DNA of 62,491 nucleotides, the filler included, from Chiloscyllium plagiosum (lineage: Eukaryota): NCBI RefSeq assembly GCF_004010195.1. It is 3 parts of 2 records of this genome, joined end to end, with 100 filler letters (N's around TTAATTAATTAA, not from the genome) between each part and the next. Parts side by side here need not be neighbours in the genome. Positions count along the whole stretch, not along the records: positions 1 to 31,356 come from NC_057713.1; positions 31,457 to 58,835 come from NC_057713.1; 1 more part is not named here. One strand, written 5' to 3'. A program made the translations under genes and the position numbers. Positions within the stretch are counted from its first letter, which is position 1; the number at the start of each line of letters is the position of its first letter. The notes under the pieces were generated by a model. That model saw only the letters and a list, made by a program, of their open reading frames with translations. It was not told the DNA's origin and ran no database searches. Below, piece by piece: positions 25,068 through 36,581 of this stretch.

Positions 25068-25855
25068 TATTTGAAAAAAGAATCAAATTGTACATTCTGT
25101 TTAAGAACAAAGAAAGAACAGAGAAAAGTGCAATGCAGGAACAGGCCCTTCTGCCCACCAAGATTGCACCGACTGGTTTTGTTTCTGTGTCTTTGTTTTC
25201 AGAAGGGATGACTTAAGACAGATGGGTTTCTTTTTCAGTAATGGTGCCAAACTCCTGATCACATATGAATTTGGAATTATGTAATCTATTCTAATGCTAT
25301 GCAAAAGAGAATTAATATTAAGGTAGCTGTTCCAAATGTTTATATACTATTTTATATACTATTTTTATATACTATTCACCGTCTTTTCACTTCAACCAAG
25401 TTCACTGTGATCACAGCTGGTTCATCCAGAAATGGCATTAGATAAAAGCAGCATTCAAAAAGGTGTTTTAGTGATCCAGTTTTAACTTGTTCAATAGTGC
25501 CCATTACAAAGTTCCAGTACCTGCGTATAAGTCAATAAAGCTTCAAAGATCTGTCGTGAAAGGGAGAAGAATAAGATAAAGGTTAAGCTATTTTAGGAAA
25601 TATTGCTATGCCACCTTTGTCGATAATTCCTCCATTCCTTTGTGTTCTCATTAGGAATACTTTTAAAGATAAATTAATAAATGTATTCTCCTAACTTAAG
25701 AATGCTGATATCTGGGTGTCTTCTGCTATACTAGTCTCACCCCACATTTGTTATCAACTAAAATTACAAATGAAAAATCATTAGATATGTATAGTTTCAC
25801 AATATATACTCTTTTAACTTGAATAAATGTTGAAATTTGAGTGTATTCTTTTAAA

Positions 25856-27691
25856 CTGAAAATGTGTTGCTGGAAAAGAGCAGCAGGTCAGGCAGCATCC
25901 AAGGAGCAGGAGAATCGACGTTTTGGGCATGAGCCCTTCTTCAGGAATGAGGAAAGTGTGCCAAGCAGGCTAAGATAAAAGGTAGGGAGGAGGGACTTGG
26001 GGAAGGAGCGTTGGAAATGCGATAGGTGGAAGGAGGTAAAGGTGAGGGTGATAGGCCGGAGTGGAGGCGGGGGCGGAGAGGTCAGGAAAAAGGTTGCAGG
26101 TTGGGAAGGTGGTGCTGAGTTTGAGGGTTGGGACTGAGACAAGGTGGGGGGAGGGGAAATGAGGAAACTGGAGAAATCTGAGTTCATCCCTTGCAGTTGG
26201 AGGGTTCCTAGGCAGAAGATGAGGCGCTCTTCCTCTAGCCGTCGTGTGCTATGGTCTGGCAATGGAGGAGTCCAAGGACCTGCATGTCGTTGGTGCAGTG
26301 GGAGGGGGAGTTGAAGTGTTGAGCCACGGGGTGGTTGGGTTGGTTGGTCCGGGTGTCCCAGAGGTGTTCTCTGAAAGGTTCCGCAAGTAGGCGGCCTGTC
26401 TCCCCAATATAGAGGAGGCCACATTGGTGCAGCATGGGCCCCAGCTATGCCTGCCTCTTCGTAGGGTATGTGGAACAGTCCATCTTCCACAGCTACATTG
26501 GCACCACCCCCCACCTTTTCCTCTGCAACATCGTTGACTATATCGGCGCTGCCTCATGCTCCCACGAGGAGGTTGAACAGTTCATCCACTTTACCAACAC
26601 CTTACACCCCGACCCCAAATTTACCTGGACCGTTTCAGACTCCTCTCTCCCCTTCCTAGACCTCTCCATTTCTATCTCGGGCGACCGAATCAACACGGAC
26701 ATTTACTATAAACCGACCGACTCCCACAGCTACCTAGACTACACCTGCTCCCACCTTTCCCCTATAAAAACGCATCCCATATTCCCAATTCCTTCATCTC
26801 CGCCGCACCTGCTCCCAGGAGGACCTATTCCAATACCGAACAACCCAGATGGCCGCCTCCTTCAAAGACCACAATTTCCCTCCAGACGTGATTGACGATG
26901 CTCTCCACTGCATCTCCTTCACTTCCCGCTCCTCCATCCTTGAACCCCGCCCCTCCAATCACCACCAGGACAGAACCCCACTGGTCCTCACCTACCATCC
27001 CACCAACCTCCATATGCATCGTATCATACGTCGTCAGTTCCGCCACCTCCAAACCTGACCCCACCACCAGGGATATATTTCCCTCCCCTCCCCTATCAGT
27101 GTTCCGAAAAGACCACTCCCTCTGTGACTCCCTTGTCAGGTCCACACCCCCCACCAACCCAACCTCCACTCCCGGCACCTTTCCCTGCAACCGCAAGAAA
27201 TGCAAAACTTGTGCCCACACCTCCCCCCTTACTTCCCTCCAAGGCCCCAAGGGATCCTTCCATATCTGCCACAAATTCACCTGCACCNNNNNNNNNNNNN
27301 NNNNNNNNNNNNNNNNNNNNNNNNNNNNNNNNNNNNNNNNNNNNNNNNNNNNNNNNNNNNNNNNNNNNNNNNNNNNNNNNNNNNNNNNNNNNNNNNNNNN
27401 NNNCTTCCTAACCTGCAATCTTCTTCCTGACCTCTCCGCCCCTACCCCCACTCCGGCCTATCACCCTCACCTTTACCTCCTTCCACCTATCACATTTCCA
27501 ACGCCCCTCCCCAAGTCCCTCCTCCCTACCTTTAATCTTAGCCTGCTTGGCACACTTTCCTCATTCCTGAAGAAGGGTTTATGCCCGAAACGTCGATTCT
27601 CCTGCTCTTTGGATGCTGCCTGACCTGCTGTGCTTTTCCAGCAACACATTTTCAGCTCTGATCTCCAGCATCTGCAGTCCTCACTTTCTCC
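25856..27691 (+). mobile_element. Penelope-like retroelement with an inverted 5' segment (RT + GIY-YIG)
   Basis: 25856-26433 is an inverted copy of the 3' end (CGLLYIGETGR GIY-YIG on minus); 26434 onward is RT MGPSYACLF...LPFLDL...YYKPTD and PCNRKKCKTC; TSD TGTATTCTTTTAAA at 25842-25855 and 27692-27705. Confidence 0.92.
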
Positions 27692-27892
27692 TGTATTCTT
27701 TTAAAGTCCTCTTTTTTTTCTGTCAAAGTTCAACAGTACACAAAGGGTTAAACTTAGAACTAATTTATCAGTTATTTATTCAAAAAACTAATGATTATGG
27801 GCATTTTCAAATATAAACAGTGAGTGTGGATAATGCCATAACACCACAGAATAAAATTGGCATTTGCTGTTTACAGATGTCAGAACTGTTAA

Positions 27893-28099
<207 letters not shown>

Positions 28100-28162
28100 T
28101 AAATATTCCTGTTTGTGTGCGCAGATCTGTATATGTGTAATCAATGTCTATACTGTGTTTAG

Positions 28163-28214
28163 TGTTGCAGAGACTTGGAGAAATTGTTTAGAAGGTGCAA
28201 CAGACTTCAAGGAG
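28163..28214 (+). CDS. NSMAF: NSMAF exon, BEACH domain
   Basis: tttag|T...GAG|gtagga; SVAETWRNCLEGATDFKE. Confidence 0.95.
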
Positions 28215-28301
28215 GTAGGAGATGATAAACATATTCATTCTACCTGAATTTGAAGTATCTAAATTCCCAATTGTTCTACTAATCATTATTTTGTTTTCTA
28301 G

Positions 28302-28445
<144 letters not shown>

Positions 28446-28917
28446 TAAAATTCTGATTTTCCCTTTTCCATATGTAGAGAGCACTGAAATTCTTTCTCTT
28501 TTGGAGACTCTTGATCTATCTTGTGTTTTCCCTAAAAGACTTGAAATTATCTGAATCTGAATTGTGGACAACGGTATTGTGCATTTAATTGCCAAATTAG
28601 AAATTGCTAGTTAGTAAACTTATCTTGATTTTAAAAAAATTCTAAACTTGTCTCTCTCCGTCCCACTGCTATTCAGTAGATAACTTGGGAAGGGGAAGGA
28701 GGATGTAGTAATTTGTTTGCAACTTTTTGTGTTTTATGCATTTCATCCAATTGCTTGCAATCAAATAATGATTCAGTTCCTCCCGTGGCCTCTAGTCCAT
28801 TGCCATTCTCAGTATTATGCACAAAGATGTTCTATGAGTGACATAGGCCAGCTTATCACTCTGAGTTGCCCAGAAAAGATGGTGTGGATCTTCTCCTTGA
28901 TTTGGGGAGATGATCGC

Positions 28918-29197
28918 CAAGTGGTATTACTACTCTGCTACTAATCCAGAAACTCAGCTAATGTTTTGGGGACTTGGGTTCAAATCACACCATGGCAGAT
29001 AGTGGAATTTGAATTCAATGAAAATCTGGACTTAAGAGTCCAATGGTGATTATGAATCAATTGTTGGGAAAAAACCCATCTCGTTCACTAATGTCTTTCA
29101 GGGAAGGAAATCTGCCATCCTGACCTGACCTGGCCTACATGTGACTCCAGACCCACAGCCATGTGGTTGACTCTCAATTGCCCTCTGAAATGGCTTG
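28918..29197 (+). mobile_element. Deu-domain SINE (SacSINE1-like)
   Basis: GTTCACTAATGTC...GGGAAGGAAATCTGCC...GGCCTACATGTGACTCCAGACCCACAGC Deu core; related minus copies at about 55370-55705 and 61900-62155. Confidence 0.7.
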
Positions 29198-29279
29198 TTG
29201 AGTGTTATTGAAGACAAAGTCCCATCTTCACATTGAAAATAACTTCCATAGTGTTGTGTGGCAGTATATCCGTGCTAAA

Positions 29280-30845
29280 TGGGAGAGTTAGAGGGCAAGC
29301 TTGCCGCTGGTTAGAATTATACTTGGCACATAGGAAGGTGGTCATGATTGTTGGAGGTCAATCATTTCAGCTCCAGGACATCTCTGATCGCACAATGTTC
29401 AGCACCATTCACGACTCCTCAGACACTGAAACAGTCCACACTCAAATGCCCAACACAAGCTAGATAATATCCAGACTTGGCCTGAGAAGTGGCAAGTAAC
29501 ATTTGTGCCGCACAAATGCCAGGCAATGACCATCATCAACAAGACACAATCTAACTACTGCCCTTTGCCATTCAGTCGTAGAATCCCTACAGTGTGGAGG
29601 CAGGCCATTTGGCCATCGAGTCCATACCAACCCTCTGGCGAGCATCCCACCCAGACCCACACCCTACCTTATCTCTGTATTTATGACTAATCCATTTAGC
29701 CTGCACATCCCTGGACACTTGGCAATTTAGCATGGCCAATCCACCTAACCTGCCCATCTTTTGGACAATGGGAGGAAGTCCATGTACACACAGGGGAGAA
29801 TGTGCAAACTTCACTCAGGCAGTCTCCTGAGACTGCAATAGAACTGGAATTCCTCATGCTGTCCTAACCACTGAGTCACAGTGCCGCCCAATGGTGTTAC
29901 CATCACTGAATCTCCCACTGGCAATATCCTGGGGGTTACCATTGACCAGAATCTCAACTAGACTCACCACGGTGGTTAGAGTTAGTCAGAGGCTAGATTT
30001 CCTCCCACAGTCCAGAGATGTCCAGGTCAGGTGGATTAGACATACTAAATTGCTCTGTAGTATCCAGGGATTGTATAGGCTAGGTGGATTGGTATTGGGA
30101 AATACAGGGATGGGTATGGGTGGGAAGATCTTTGGAGGGTCACTGTGGACTCAGTGGTTTGAAGTCTCAACCATGTACCATGGATATAATGCCACACAAT
30201 ACAATGGAAGTTATTCTCAATGTGAAGGTGGGACTTTGTCTCTAATAACACTCAACAAGCTTAGAGCCGTAAAGCATGGGAACAGATCCTGCAGTTCAAC
30301 TCAACCATGCTGACTAGTATTCTAAATTAATCCAAACCCATTTGCTAGCATTTGGCCAAATTCTCTCTCTGAACCCTTCCTATTCATATACATATAGCAA
30401 GCGTTTAGAGAGTTTGACACCATCCTGGACTAAGCAGCCTGCTGATTGGCACAACATCTAGAAGCATTCACTCCTCCATCAGCACTGTGTAATATCTACA
30501 AGATGTGCTGCAGAAATTCACAGAGATACTTAGACAGTATCTTCTAAATCCATGACCACTTCCATCTAGAATGACAGGGGCAGCAGATACATGGGAATGC
30601 CACCATCTTCAAGTTCCCCTCCAAGCTACTCACTATCTTGACTTGGAAGTATCTCATTACTCCTTTAGTGTCACTAGGTCAGAGTCCTGGAATTCTCTCC
30701 CTAATACCATTGTGCATCAATCCACAGCACATGGACTGCAGCGGTTCAAGAAGGCAGCTATCCACCACCACCTCAAGGGCAGTGAGAGACCGGCAATAAA
30801 TGCTGGGCCCAGCCAGCGATCCCCACATCCCATAAATGAATAAAA
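29280..30845 (+). mobile_element. Decayed CR1/L2-group LINE 3' part interrupted by HE1 SINEs
   Basis: WLELYLAHRKVVMIVGGQS RT motif and a WNSLP C-terminus; HE1 (-) at about 29581-29890. Confidence 0.65.
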
Positions 30846-31107
30846 AAGACTATTGCTGTACTTAAAATGATTATGATTGGGATGGAGCAAAGGTGTTGGT
30901 GATGTATGGGACAGGAGGATGTTGTGAACCAGAATGTAGGGTGTGGGGAGGATCGAGGTTTGTAAAAATGATCAAACGCAGTTGTTGGAGTTGGTGGTTA
31001 GTATGATTTTTCTTGTAATTTTTGGAAGAACAGACTTTGTCTGTAATAACATTATGAATGAAGCTGTTGGTCTGAGACTTGTAACTGAAAATTGGTTTCT
31101 AACCTTA

Positions 31108-31356
31108 AAGGAGAAAGTGAGGACTGCAGATGCTGGAGATCAGAGCTGAAAATGTGTTGCTGAAAAAGCGCAGCATGTCAGGCAGCATCCAAGGAGCAGG
31201 AGAATTGACGTTTCGGGCATGAGCCCTTCTTCAGGAATGAGGAAAGTGCGTCCAGCAGGCTAAGATAAAAGGTAGGGAGGAGGGACTTGGGGGAGGGGCG
31301 TTGGAAATGCGATAGGTGGAAGGAGGTTAAGGTGAGGGTGATAGGCCGGAGTGGGG
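31108..31356 (-). mobile_element. Penelope-like 3' terminal repeat running into the spacer
   Basis: Near-identical to the reverse complement of 27445-27691. Confidence 0.85.
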
Positions 31357-31456
31357 NNNNNNNNNNNNNNNNNNNNNNNNNNNNNNNNNNNNNNNNNNNN
31401 TTAATTAATTAANNNNNNNNNNNNNNNNNNNNNNNNNNNNNNNNNNNNNNNNNNNN
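31357..31456. other. Synthetic scaffold-joining spacer
   Basis: Exactly 44 N + TTAATTAATTAA (stops in all six frames) + 44 N. Confidence 0.95.
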
Positions 31457-31479
31457 CTTGGTTACATGGAATAGGTTCA

Positions 31480-32150
31480 AGCGCCTGATTGGGCTCTGCC
31501 TGCTCCTATTTAACAGCTCGATGTGCTGACCAGACCCAACCTCTTCCTTGGAACAGGCAGGAGAATTGAATGTGTTGTCCCTCTTCTTGATCAGTAATTT
31601 CGATGGGCTGAATAGCTTCCAAATATCAGTGCGTAACAAGCTTGAGATGCTGAATGAGCTTCTCTTTTAACTGTGGAAATGTACAGTATCTGTCCGTGCT
31701 GTTGTATGAATGTCACAGGCACTTTAACAGCACATGACTGAATTTTGTCCAGGTTTTGCTGCACATGGACACAGATTGGTTCAGGAGCTGAGGGGGTGAG
31801 GGGCACATTGTTCTGAACATTGTGTGATCTTCAGTAACCCTCCCAACTTCTGATCTTGTGATGGCGAAAGACATTGATGAAACAGCTGAAGGTGTTTGTG
31901 CTAAGGAACTAACCTAAGGATCTCCTGAAGAAATGTCCGGGGACTGAGAAGACTGTCGACCATTGATCTCAAGCATCTTTCTTTGTACTCTGAAAGACCC
32001 CAACGAGTCGGGAGGTTACACCTAATTCCCATTCAGCTCAAATATATAGGTTGTCCCGATGACACCCTCAGTCAAATATTGCCTTTATATCGTGGCCATT
32101 CACTCTTCCCTGAGCCCCTATGTTCAACTCTTGTTCATATCAATAGGTGA
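31480..32150 (-). mobile_element. Old CR1/L2-group LINE RT fragment
   Basis: VHVQQNLDKIQSCAVKVPVTF resembles QQDLDNIQAWADKWQVTF. Confidence 0.5.
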
Positions 32151-32164
32151 CGGTGCATTTCTTC

Positions 32165-35085
32165 TCACAGAGGATAATAGCTTTAAATTAAGGTTGTGTA
32201 GGTATAGGACAGATGTTAGGGGTAGGTTCTTTACTCAGCGAGTCGTGGGGGCATGGAATGCGCTGCCTGTGGGAGTGGTGGAGTCAGAATCTTTGGTGAC
32301 CTTTAAGCGGCAATTGGATAGGTACATGGATGGGTGCTTAAGCTAGGACAAATGTTCGGCACAACATCGTGGGCCGAAGGGCCTGTTCTGTGCTGTAATG
32401 TTCTATGTTCTACGTGCCCTTGATAAGTATGTACCTGTCAGGCAGGGAGGATGTGGTCGAGTGGGGAAGCCATGGTTTACTAAAGAAGTTGAATCTCTTG
32501 TCAAGAGGAAGAAGGGGCTTATGGTAGGATTAGATTAGATTCCCTACAGTGTGGAAATAGGCCCTTCAACCCAACAAGTCCATACTGACCCTCTGAAGAG
32601 AAACCCACCCAGACTAATTTCCCTACATTTACCCCTGACTCATTCACCTAACACTATGGGCAATTTAACTTAGCCAATTCACCTAACCAGTACATCTTTG
32701 GACTGTGGGAGGAAACAGGAGCACCCAGAGGAAATCCACACAGACACAGGGAGAATATTCAAACTCCACACAGACAGTCGCCCAAGGCCGGAATTGAAGC
32801 TGGGTCTCTGGCACTGAGGCAGCAGTGCTAACCACTGAGTCACTGTGCCACCCCCAGTAAGGGCGTTTGAATTTTACAAATTAGCCAGGAAAGACCTAAA
32901 GAGAGCGCTAAGAAGAGCCAGGAGGGGACATGAGAAGTTGTTCGCAGATAGGATCACAGAAAAGCCTAAAGCTTTCGATAGGTATATCAGGAATAAAAGA
33001 ATGACTAAAGATTAGGACCAATCTAGGTTAGTTTCGGGAAGTTGTGTGCGGAGTCCAATGAGGTAGGGGAAGCGCTAAATAAATATTTGTCAGTATTCAC
33101 ACTGGAAAAAGAGCATGTTGTTGAATAGAATACTGAGATACAGGATACCAGACTAGATGGGATTGAGGTTCACAAGGAGGAGGTGTTAGCAAATCTGGAA
33201 AGTGTGAAAATAGGTAAGTCCCCTGGGCCAGATGGGATCTATCCTAGGATTCTCTGGGAAGCCGGGAGGACAATGCAGAGCCTTTGGTTTTGATCTTTAT
33301 GTCGTCATTGTCTACAGAAATAGTGCCAGAAGACTGGAGGATAACAAATGTTGCCCCCTAGTTCAAGAAGGGGAATAGAGTCTACCCTTGGAATTATAGA
33401 CCAGTGAGCCTTACTTCAGTTGTCAGTAAAGTGTTGAAAAAGGTTATAAGAGATAGGATTTATCATCTAGAGAGGAATAAGTTGAGCAGGGATAGTCAAC
33501 ACAGTTTTGTGAAGGGTAGGTCATGCCTCACAAAGCTTAAGTTCTTGGAGATGGTGACCAAACAGGTGGATGAGGGTAAAGCAGTTGACATGGTGTAAAT
33601 AGATTTCAGTAAGGCATTTCATAAGGTTCCATATGGTAGGCTTTTGCACAAAGCATGGAGGCAAGGGATTGAGGGTGATTTAGCAGTTTGGATAAGACAT
33701 TAGCTAGCTGATTTCAGTATTTCAGACGACAGAGGGTGGTGGTTGATGGGGAATGTGCATCCTTGAGTTCAGTTGCTTATGGTATACCACAATGATCTGT
33801 TTTGGTTCCACTGCTGTTTGTCATTTTTATAAACGATGAGGACGTAGAAGAATAGGTTAGTAAATTTGCAGATGACAAGGTTGGTGGAATTGTGGACAGT
33901 GTGGAAGGATGTTACAGGTTACAGGGGACATAAATAAGCTGCAGAGCTGGGCTAAGAGGTGGCAAATGGAATTTAATGTGGATAAGTGTGAATTCATTCA
34001 TTTTGGAAGGAGTAATAGAAACAAAGAGTACTGGGCTAATGGTAAGATTCTTGGTAGTGTAGATGAGCAAAGAGATGTGTGTCCATGTGCATAGACCCCT
34101 GAAAGTTGCTACCTAGGTTGATATCTCTTTACCCTGCAGGCACTCTGCCTCTATTCCTGATGAAGAGCTTTTGCCCGAAACGTTAATTTTCCTGCTCCTC
34201 GAACTGCTGTGCTTTTCCAGCACCACTCTAAATCTAGAATCTGGTTTCCAGCATCTGCAGCCCTTGTTTTTACCTAGGAGAAAGTGAGGTCTGCAGATTC
34301 TGGAGATCAGAGCTGAAAATGTGTTGCTGGTAAAGCACAGCAGGTCAGGCAGCATCCAAGGAGCAGGAGAATCGACGTTTCGGGCATAAGCCCTTCTCAA
34401 AGATTTCAACCTACCTCCTGTTCCTTGGATGCTGCCTGACCTGCTGTGCTTTACCAGCAACACATTTTCAGCTCTTGTTTTTACCTAGGTTGATATGGTT
34501 AAGGCTGCATATAGTGTGTTAGCTTTTACTGGTAGAGAGATTAAGTTTCAGAGCCATCAGGTCATGCTGCAGCCATACTCAAGTATGGTACACAGTTCTG
34601 GTCACTGCATTATTGGAAGGACGTGGAAGCTTTGGAAAGGGTTCAGACAAGATTTACTGGGATATTACCTGGTATGAAGGAAGGTTTTATGAGGAAAGGC
34701 TGAGGGACTGGAGGCTGTTTTCATTAGGGAGAAGGTGGTTGAGAGGTGACTTAATTGAATATAAGATAATCAGAGGGTTAGATAGGGTGGACAGAGAGAA
34801 TCTTTTTTCCTCAGATGCTGATGGCTAGCATGAGGGGACATCGCTTTAAATTGAGTGATAAATACAGGACAGATGTCAGAGATAGTTCCTTTACTCAGTA
34901 GTAGGGACATGAAACGCACTGCCTGCAACAGTAGTAGACTTGCCAACTTTAAGGGCATTTAAATGATCATTGGATAGACACATGGATGAAAATGGAATAA
35001 TGTAGGTTCGATGTATTTCAGATTGGTTCAATAGGTTGGCGCAATATCAAGGGCTGAAGGGTTTGTACTGCGTTGTAATGCTGTA
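32165..35085 (+). mobile_element. CR1 LINE fragments with a nested HE1 SINE (32530-32853, -) and nested Penelope repeats (34125-34481)
   Basis: [66 protein letters not shown]. Confidence 0.85.
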
Positions 35086-36581
35086 TGTGACTCCAGACCA
35101 CAGCAGTGTAGTTGATCAATTTGGAGTAGGCTATAAATCTTGGCTTAGCTAGCAACATCCCATGATTAAACATTAAAAATTGATCATTTAGGCTCATGTA
35201 AAGTGTCATTTACTAAGAACAAGTGCAGTTTATGAGAGTACAAAAGAAATTAAACATTGGACATATAAACTCAGCTCATAGAAATCAACAGCAGCTTGTA
35301 AAATACAAAAAAGTAACAAAATCTTCTAACATTGCACCAATAAAAAGTGCACAAATTTCACTTTGTACATACATTGGTACAGTTATTTCTGGATTCCACA
35401 TACAATTTGGTCTGACTAAAACACCAAAGACAGTGGATAAACATGCTATCAAACAAGTCACTGGTTAAAGACTTCTCAGCTTGAAGTCTGGCATTGTTTA
35501 CTGAAAAGAAAAATCCCAAAAGAGAGATTGAGGTTCAAATTACTCTCAAGAACAATGTATTTTTGAACATGTTACTATTTCTACAGTCGAGGGACATAGT
35601 TACTAAACTCCAAACATAACTAATTTAAGATAGTGAATGCATGGAACAGACTATACAGGGAGACACTAGAAACACATAAAAGGTAAACAAAATTTAGAAG
35701 AACTTGATGAACTGCACTCTTCTCTAGTCCTATTCTTTACTATATTCCTACGCAAAGGAAACTACATTCTCAACACAGATCAGCTTTGAGACATAAACAA
35801 ATTGCTGAAAAATCTCAGCAAGTCTGGCAGCATCTGTGGCGAGGAATCAGGGTTAAAAATTCGAGTCCACTAACCCTTCATCAGCTTTGAGATCCGGGTT
35901 TAAATCCAGCATACCTTTATTTAGATCGAGTGCCTTTGCAAAAAGACGTTGGACCCACATAAATTATAACGTTTCTCAAAGTACAAGACTACCATTTACA
36001 TTGGCAAAATAATTGAGAAACCATAAAGATGCTTTTACCTATAAGAATTTTAATGTCTTTCCTACAGAGGTGTTTGTGGTAAATGGCAGGACAGATCACA
36101 AAACTAATGCAGCCAGCTCTGCTCCCCTTATTTTCATTCATTTTATTAAAATGTTATTTTACTCTTCTGCTTCACATATATTCTTTCATTTCTTTCTTCA
36201 GATAGTTTCCTCATTGAGCACAATATCTTTGACCTCCTGGGTCACAGAAAGCATACAAAATACAAACAAATGCTTGAAGTAAATAGCAATCAGCAGCCAG
36301 AGTTTAATAAACGTTATACATAAAAAAAATTGAAACCAGTTTTCCCTCTTTACAAGGAATGACAATCCTGCAGAATAACTTCACAATCTGATTTCTCTTA
36401 TTGAAAAATGCTGAAAATCATTGAAAATAAAGTTGCTTACTGACAGAAACTGTTTATTTTTCTTTGATTATTTATCACGAAGACACAAGTTGCCATTTTT
36501 TTTTAAACAATGTGATTGTATTAAATGCGACTCAAAAATATTAAAACCAGCTAAGGCTTCTAAAAACCAGTGTTATTTTAC

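Noticed and set aside
31401..31412. TTAATTAATTAA as a homeodomain site or piggyBac footprint
   Set aside because: It is centred in a fixed-length N run and occurs twice identically, so it is a synthetic linker.
36197..36237. Minus-strand acceptor followed by EVKDIVLNEETI* and AATAAA, loosely like syntenin LSLNEEEI
   Set aside because: The match is too short and ends in a stop; it does not fit the expected next SDCBP exon. It could only be revived by RNA-seq.
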